Source: Macrostomum lignano
Taxonomy: Eukaryota
DNA: 64,000 bases
Assembly: GCA_002269645.1 (NCBI GenBank)
Contig: NIVC01003352.1
Coordinates: 6,134-70,133 of the forward strand
Reading direction: 5' to 3'
The notes beneath the pieces are model-generated. The model did no database searches and was not told where the DNA came from. It worked only from the letters and a program-made list of their open reading frames with translations. Shown here one piece after another: positions 48,575 to 64,000 of this stretch. Position numbers and translations under genes: made by a program. How positions within the stretch are numbered: position 1 is the stretch's first letter; every line of letters starts with the position of its first letter.

Positions 48575-51500
48575 TATTTGTTGATGATATTTGCAAACAT
48601 ACATTTAGTACGCGCAGTTTTAAACATGAAAGAAATATGAAATTAATAAAAGCATCAGCTTTGTATGTGGTTTTGTTTTAACCGTCTGTTCGTTTGTTTA
48701 ACAATTTAACGTTCACATTAAAGTTGGAAATAAAAACTATTGCCTCGAAACAAATAGGTAGGCCTAGGGCCTATGGATAAAATCACAAATGCTAAGATGC
48801 TATGTTAAGACGAACTCGAGGCGTTGAGATTGAGACTGTCATTTACTGTCATTGAGAAGGCATTTATACATACTAACTATGCTATGCATTTATTTATTTC
48901 CTTTGCATATTAGAATGAGTGCAGCCCATTTCGGCGAAGGAATTTTCGGCGAAAGGGAATTTTAAGTTTCAATAGATGTATAGACCTAGCCTAGGCATGC
49001 ATATTTAATCAGTGATTTCAAAAATGTACCTTTCTACTTCTTGACCTTGGCTTGAAAGACAAGAATAGAGTATCACTATCAGCAAGCCAGTCAGTGTGAG
49101 TGAGTGAGGCATAAGGCCTAGCTAAAGGCTTCCTGTACTAGATAGTTTACAAACCACAATCAAGCATAGTTGTGTTGTAGGTAGATCCAGAAATTTTTGA
49201 ATGGGGTATACTAGTGCATAGATTACTTGGCTTAATGTGTTTTGCTTTTGATTAATTTATTTATATAACAATATTTTAAAAAATGAAACTTAATGGCAGG
49301 GTGCCACCCTAAATCTAGACTATATAGTTATTGTTTGAAATGTGTTTTTTATCATTTTTTAATTTAGCTTTGCATAGTGGCAATTGAAATATTTATAATT
49401 TTTTTAACCTTTAGTTTATAATAATTGTATATTGATAGGCCCCCTATAAATAAATTTTATGGTCAAAATATAGAAAACATGAAAAAGTGAGTTATTTTTA
49501 AATGAAAATACAAGTTAGTTTTATTATGACTTACTTAAAAACTAGCCTAAGACAAATCTCTAAATTTTATATATCAAATTTTATATAAAAAAAGAATTAA
49601 AATATGCCTAAGGATTAGAAATTTTAACAAAAATGCACAAATTTTGTTTTCATTTTATATATAAAAGTATTGCATTCTTTTCAAATTGAACATTAAACTA
49701 TTTTTTCAATGTAAAATTAATAACTTTGTTTTTAGCACTTTTTTCATTTTTACAATTCCTAATAGTTCCTAAACAATTAGAAGTTTAAAGTTTTTGCTTT
49801 TAGATTAGTGCAAAAATGTGGCAATCATATTGTCTAATATAGCATTAATGCTTGGGAGTGTCTATGGTCTAAAGCTCAAAGGGATGAGCTAGAGAGAGGA
49901 GAAATACATTTAGACTTATGTTCTTGCTACTAGGTTCTTACTAAGACCATTAACCATTAAGTTGATCGTCACCATGCTAGTAGGCTATCTTGCAGAACTA
50001 TCACTTACTGTAAATCCAAACTTGCTACATAATACTATCAAGCTGACTAAGGAGAAAAACATGTCAATGGTGGCAAAGTTGGCTAGGCTGACATGGGACA
50101 CCCAGCAAATGGCTAGCAACCTACTGACTTCTTATGAATTAGCACATTATCCCATCAATGTTTTTGGCCATATAATATATTGGATTGCCCATTATTTGAG
50201 TTTTGATAAGAGTCTTGACACTTATTGTTTCATTGTTTCTGATAAATTATTTTATTGTTTCTTGCACTTTTGTACCAATCTAAAATAAGAAACTTCAAAA
50301 CTATGAATTGCTAGGAATCATTAAGAATTGCTAGAATTAGAAGAATTGCAAAAAAACAAAGTTCTTAATTTACTGTTTTAATAGCTTAGGAGATATCCAA
50401 ACATGCTAAAATCAGCTTTTTAAGTGGAAAAAATATAAAATACATTGAAAAAATAGTTTAGTGAAGGATTCGAGAAGATTACCAAAACTTTATACAAATA
50501 TAATTATTGTCAATGTTGGGAACTATTAATGAAAATCTTATCTTCCATTAATGGCGAAAGCATTTAATGTAAAAACAAAAGAATCTTAACTTATTAACTC
50601 TTAATTTTGTTAAGTTAATTGAAAGTTAACTGATAATTGTTAATAAGTATTAATCTGTTAATTTGTAATGTTTTAACTTATCAGACATATATTTTTGTTC
50701 TTTGTATCTTTGGTCATTGACACTGTCATTAATGTTAACAATGAATGTGTCATTAACTCACAAAATTATTATTGCAAATTCATTAATCCCTTAGTGCAAA
50801 AAAATCTTAATGGCAGTCTATTAACATTAATAAAAAATCTTAATGCTTATTAACACTTAATAATGGATTGATGCTTATTAATAGACAGGTGTCCAACAGT
50901 GTTTATTGTTTATTGTTTTGAACTTTTTTAATTGAAATGAAATATCAAAATCATTAGTCTAGTAGTACTATTACAAAATTGATGATTTGAAGCTTTGTAT
51001 AAGATAATAGGGGCCTATATTTGGCATATATTGGTATACATTAAAAATGTAATCATTTTTTCCAGGGTACTTACTGACTATTCCAAACTATGAAAATGTA
51101 AATATTTTTTATTTTTATGATTGATATACTTATAAAGCATGAATGTATATTAAGAAGTCCTAATAAGCCCATAGGTAAAAATACAAATAAAAGCTAATTT
51201 ATATGTTTTTGTATATATTTGGATTATTGCATTTATATTTTTATTATTAAACTATAATCATAAAGACTTTATTACTTTTTTTACTGAACATTCTTTATAC
51301 ATTGCTTTGAATGGTCTTTGTGTAAAGCTTACTAAATTTCAATTAAGCTAAAGACTAAAATTAAAGAACAAATATATTGGTTTAACAAAATGAAAGCTAC
51401 TTTAATTGGCTAAAGTAATTTGTTATAAAACATTAAATAAACTAGGTTATTTTATTATTTAGTGCATTTGATTCTAACTTCTATTTTAGGCATTAAAAAG

Positions 51501-52354
51501 AAGCAGGTAAACATGTTAAAAATACTTAAATAAGAAATGTTCAAGTTATAACTATATAAAAACTTATTAAGTAATTACTCAATAAGTAAAAAAGAAACTG
51601 AGTATAGTTAGGTTAAGCCTAACTTTTATATATTTGCATATTTGAATATATTCTTATTTTTTAGATTGGCTCAAATATCCATAAACCTATAAAAGTCTAA
51701 AAATAACTTTGATCCTTCTAGCACTCATTTCATAACATTGTAGGCTAGACCTTAACACTTAATACCCCATACTTTAGGGGAAGAGGCACAATATATTATA
51801 TATGATAAAGGCAGGTGCTACAAGCAGAATGAATCTTAGCTTAGATCTTATATATTTCTAATTATATTTAGTGATTTAGAACTAAGGCAACCAAACCATT
51901 TAGTTTTATAGACTGTGACTAAGGAAGTATATTACTCTAATACAAACTGGTTGATAAGACTCTTGGTAAGATGAAATCAGTAGGGGATAATAATAATAAA
52001 TTCCTTATACTAATATGATAACTACAATTATTAGTTTTTTTGGCCTAATTATAAGTAATTAGATGAAAGACAATTAAAGAATTCTTTAATTGACTCATAC
52101 AAAATAAACAAGTAAGTAGTTAATTTTTGACTTGTTAATTTTTTTCAGAGTTGCAATGGTTGAGTAGCTACTGGATGTCTTTCTAACAAAATCAATGCAC
52201 AATGGATAAAAATATGCTGCTGATTGGACGGGTGAGTTGCTGTTGGCAAATTTTGCCATTCGAATCATAGATTTAGTGCAGGTCATTGTTTATTGAATAA
52301 ATTTTCTATTGTTTGTTTATCTCTATACCTTGGACCAGCTGGGAGTGGAAAAAA

Positions 52355-53030
52355 GGGAATAGAGTAAGAAAGGAGAGGCAAGGCGAGGCGAGAGATGGGA
52401 TGAGAGAAGAGATAAGATAAGATAAGACGAGAGAGAGGAGAGAGGAGAGGTAGAGAAGGAGGAGAAAAAAGGTAGAGAAGAGGGAGAGAAGAGTGGAGAG
52501 ACGAGAGGTAGAGAAGAGTGGAGACAGGAGAGGTAGAGAAGAGTGGAGAGAGGAGAGGTAGAGAAGAGTGGAGAGAGGAGAGGTAGAGAAGAGGGGAGAG
52601 AGGAAAGGTAGAGAAGAGTGGAGAGAGGGGAGAGACGAGAGGTAGAGAAGAGTGGAGAGAGGAGAGGTAGAGAAGAGGGGAGAGAGGAGAGGTAGAGAAG
52701 AGTGGAGAGAGGAGAGGTAGAGAAGAGTGGAGAGAGGAGAGGTAGAGAAGAGTGGAGAGAGGGGAGAGGGAGAGGTAGAGAAGAGTGGAGAGAGGGGAGA
52801 GGGAGAGGTAGAGAAGAGTGGAGAGAGGAGAGGTAGAGAAGAGGGGAGAGAGGAGAGGTAGAGGAGAGGTAGAGAAGAGTGGAGAGAGGAGAGGTAGAGA
52901 AGAGTGGAGAGAGGAGAGGTAGAGAAGAGGGGAGAGAGGAGAGGTAGAGAAGAGGGGAGAGAGGAGAGGTAGAGAAGAGGGGAGAGAGGAGAGGTAGAGA
53001 AGAGTGGAGAGAGGAGAGAAGAGAGAAAGA
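52355..53030. repeat. AG-rich tract with a ~23-bp unit GAGGTAGAGAAGAG(T/G)GGAGAGAG
   Basis: Direct inspection. Confidence 0.9.
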
Positions 53031-53107
53031 GCTGAAGACACAAGCCTTGAGCGGACCGGATTGCTATTGTAAAGTTTCAGAGACCAAGGGCTAGATAGAT
53101 AGGCTTT

Positions 53108-53132
53108 TCGGGCCGGAGTTTGCCGACCCCTG
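53108..53132. mobile_element. Orphan hAT/Charlie-type terminal inverted repeat
   Basis: GGGCCGGAGTTTGCCGACCCCTG (reverse complement begins CAGGGGTCGGCAAAC), a common hAT-MITE terminus; I saw no partner TIR in the window. Confidence 0.5.
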
Positions 53133-53484
53133 AACTATACGATTGCATTGACTTGTTTTGGTATTATCTTTATTTTAGAGTCTGTCCTGATTTAATTAGT
53201 AAATTTAAGTTACCTTAAAGCTTTCAAAGTAAGTTATCAGTTTACGAAGTGAGTGTTTAACCACACTTTATAAATAACGTTTTGTGAATTGAACTCAGCG
53301 ATTATTTGACTGATTTAACTTTAATTAGTCATGCTTAATGATATTATTTAAAATCTCTAAAAGAGCTGTGCTTAAATTTTCATTGCAATTTCATTTAACC
53401 GATCTAGTTAGTCTAATTTGTTTAACTTGAATTAATTATGCGAAACCAAATGATATAAAGCGCTTATCTCCCACGCTTGTGCAG

Positions 53485-61472
<7,988 letters not shown>

Positions 61473-61544
61473 GTGAGGCTATTGCAGGCTCTGCTTTGTA
61501 GTTCACAGATGTTTTTGAATATGATGTGTTCGAAGTTTTCAATT

Positions 61545-62184
61545 CAGAGTTGGGATATTTGCGCGCTTAGAGAGCAGCGCAGTTCAGAGTTGGGATATCT
61601 GCGCGCTTAGAGAGCAGCGCAGTTCAGAGTTGGGATATCTGCGCGCTTAGAGACCAGCTCAATTCAGAGTTGGGATATCTGCGCGCTTAGAGACCAGCTC
61701 AATTCAGAGTTGGGATATCTGCGCGCTTAGAGAGCAGCTCAGTTCAGAGTTGGGATATCTGCGCGCTTAAAGAGCAGCTCAGTTCAAAGTTGGGATATCT
61801 GCGCGCTTAGAGAGCAGCTCAGTTCAGAGTTGGGATATCTGCGCGCTTAGAGACCAGCTCAATTCAGAGTTGGGATATCTGCGCGCTTAGAGAGCAGCGC
61901 AGTTCAGAGTTGGGATATCTGCGCGCTTAGAGAGCAGCGCAGTTCAGAGTTGGGATATCTGCGCGCTTAGAGACGAGCGCAGTTCAGAGTTGGGATATCT
62001 GCGCGCTTAGAGACCAGCTCAATTCAGAGTTGGGATATCTGCGCGCTTAGAGAGCAGCGCAGTTCAGAGTTGGGATATCTGCGCGCTTAGAGAGCAGCTC
62101 AGTTCAGAGTTGGGATATCTGCGCGCTTAGAGAGCAGCTCAGTTCAGAGTTGGGATATCTGCGCGCTTAGAGACCAGCTCAGTT
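61545..62184. repeat. 40-bp minisatellite downstream of the RUN gene stop codon
   Basis: AGTTCAGAGTTGGGATATCTGCGCGCTTAGAGA(G/C)CAGC(G/T)C. Confidence 0.95.
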
Positions 62185-63229
62185 TGCGCGCTAAAGGAAA
62201 CAAAAATCCGTTCTATTATTTCTATATTTTATTCACGTTGTTGTCTATTGCATGTGTGTTCAGCTCTTTTACTCTAGTATTAAAATCTATGCATGTGCAC
62301 AGCTAAGTTTAACAAACCAAATCTGTCATTTGCTACTTACTGAAATACGTTTCTCTGCAGTAGTATGTCTGGAGAATTTGTGTCTTTTTGTTTCCAAGCT
62401 GCAAACCAGACCAAGAGCGCGGACCAGCCATTCCTTTGATTTGACTGCTGGATTCGCGCTACGGTTTGCGCTGTGGCAAACTCTATAGAAATATAGAGAA
62501 CCCAGACTTTCCTGCGCACCGAACGCCATTTGTCATTTATCTCTAGTAATTATCGTAACCGTAGTTCTTCCATATACCACCATTCATAACTTGTTTGGTT
62601 CTTTAGGGTTAGTTAGATAACTGTTTACTGATTAACTGAACAAGCTTAACCTCCCAGCATCTCTAGTCATAACCATATTTATTAATATTATCATATAATA
62701 ATTATTCATTTTATCAAATTTTCCTCAACCTTGCTGTTTTGCTGTTTGTCTGTTCGTTGTGTTTTTTAAAATAAATTTTGAATCTCAAATAAAGCGAAAG
62801 TTCCATGTGATTATATAATTAGTTTTGTTATAGTCTGTCAGCTGAAGTATATTGAATATTTATGTTTATATATTTACTATTTATTATACATAATCACTAT
62901 AAATTTGCTTTGAATTCATTATGCTGTGTTTAAACTGTTATTAATGAGGATCATCGATGATATTATAGTTCTCTGAATCGGTGACAGTTCACTGACTTGT
63001 GTACTACTGCGTAATGTTTCAAGCAAAGAATTAATTAATTAATTATATATTCACTGCCTTGCCACCTGCTCGACTTTAACCGACGAATTCAAGCAGATTT
63101 AAATTAAATTGAATCTTGCTTTTTGTGTCGGCCTGTTGTGTTTTACTTTTACTGTCAAAAAAGGAAAATTTCTTGCAGTTTTGTAACTCCTTTATATGAA
63201 ATAGCTCACAAAATATCCCGCCATGATGA

Positions 63230-64000
63230 TGAGCTTTTCCCATCATGAGCTTTTCCCATCATGAGCTATTCCCATCATGAGCTATTCCCATCATGAGCCA
63301 TTCCCATCATGAGCTATTCCCATCATGAGCTATTCCATCATGAGCTATTCCATCATGAGCTATTCCATCATGAGCTATTCCCATCATGAGCTATTCCCAT
63401 CATGAGCTTTTCCCATCATGAGCTATTCCCATCATGAGCTATTCCCATCATGAGCCATTCCCATCATGAGCTATTCCCATCATGAGCTATTCCATCATGA
63501 GCTATTCCCATCATGAGCTATTCCATCATGAGCTATTCCCATCATGAGCTGCTTCCATCATGAGCTGCTTCCATTCATGAGCTATTCCCATCATGAGCCA
63601 TTCCCATCATGAGCTATTCCCATCATGAGCTGCTTCCATCATGAGCTATCCATCATGAGCCATTCCCATCATGAGCCATTCCATCATGAGCTATTCCCAT
63701 CATGAGCTATTCCCATCATGAGCCATTCCTATCATGAGCTATTCCCATCATGAGCTATTCCCATCATGAGCTGCTTCCATCATGAGCTATTCCCATCATG
63801 AGCCATTCCCATCATGAGCCATTCCCATCATGAGCTATTCCCATCATGAGCTATTCCCATCATGAGCCATTCCCATCATGAGCTATTCCCATCATGAGCT
63901 ATTCCCATCATGAGCCATTCCATCATGAGCTATTCCCATCATGAGCTGCTTCCATCATGAGCTGCTTCCATCATGAGCTATTCCCATCATGAGCTATTCC
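63230..64000. repeat. 16-bp minisatellite CATCATGAGCTATTCC (runs off the window end)
   Basis: Direct inspection. Confidence 0.95.

Overview
Eukaryotic (metazoan) genomic DNA. GC-rich exons with poly-Q/poly-A tracts and introns packed with minisatellites resemble the flatworm Macrostomum; the organism is inferred, not proven. I reconstructed seven spliced genes by hand from GT-AG junctions and phase checks: (1) a BK-channel beta-subunit (KCNMB/CaKB)-like two-TM protein (+, 1105-2373); (2) a convergent small protein with a degenerate KH-like domain (-, 3174-4629); (3) an Islet LIM-homeobox gene (-, 7891-17612) with a 1-nt frameshift in the homeobox; (4) a GAB/Dos-like PH adaptor with tandem phosphotyrosine repeats, including an ITAM-like motif (+, 29862-31824); (5, 6) two tandem HHAT/GUP1-type MBOAT paralogs (+, ~35311-40643 and 43831-47829) that share a near-identical ~720-bp catalytic-core tract; (7) a RUSC-like RUN-domain gene (+, ~53485-61472). 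Other content: about 27 tandem-repeat arrays, two tRNA-derived SINE families with visible target-site duplications (TSDs), two RTE-like LINE remnants, a 46-bp palindromic MITE with an 8-bp TSD, and an orphan hAT-type terminus. Most long ORFs in the supplied track are translations of tandem repeats. I found no prokaryotic-type system (CRISPR, operon, etc.). The most notable signals are the adaptor's ITAM-like tyrosine array, the paralog gene-conversion tract and the tiny MITE.
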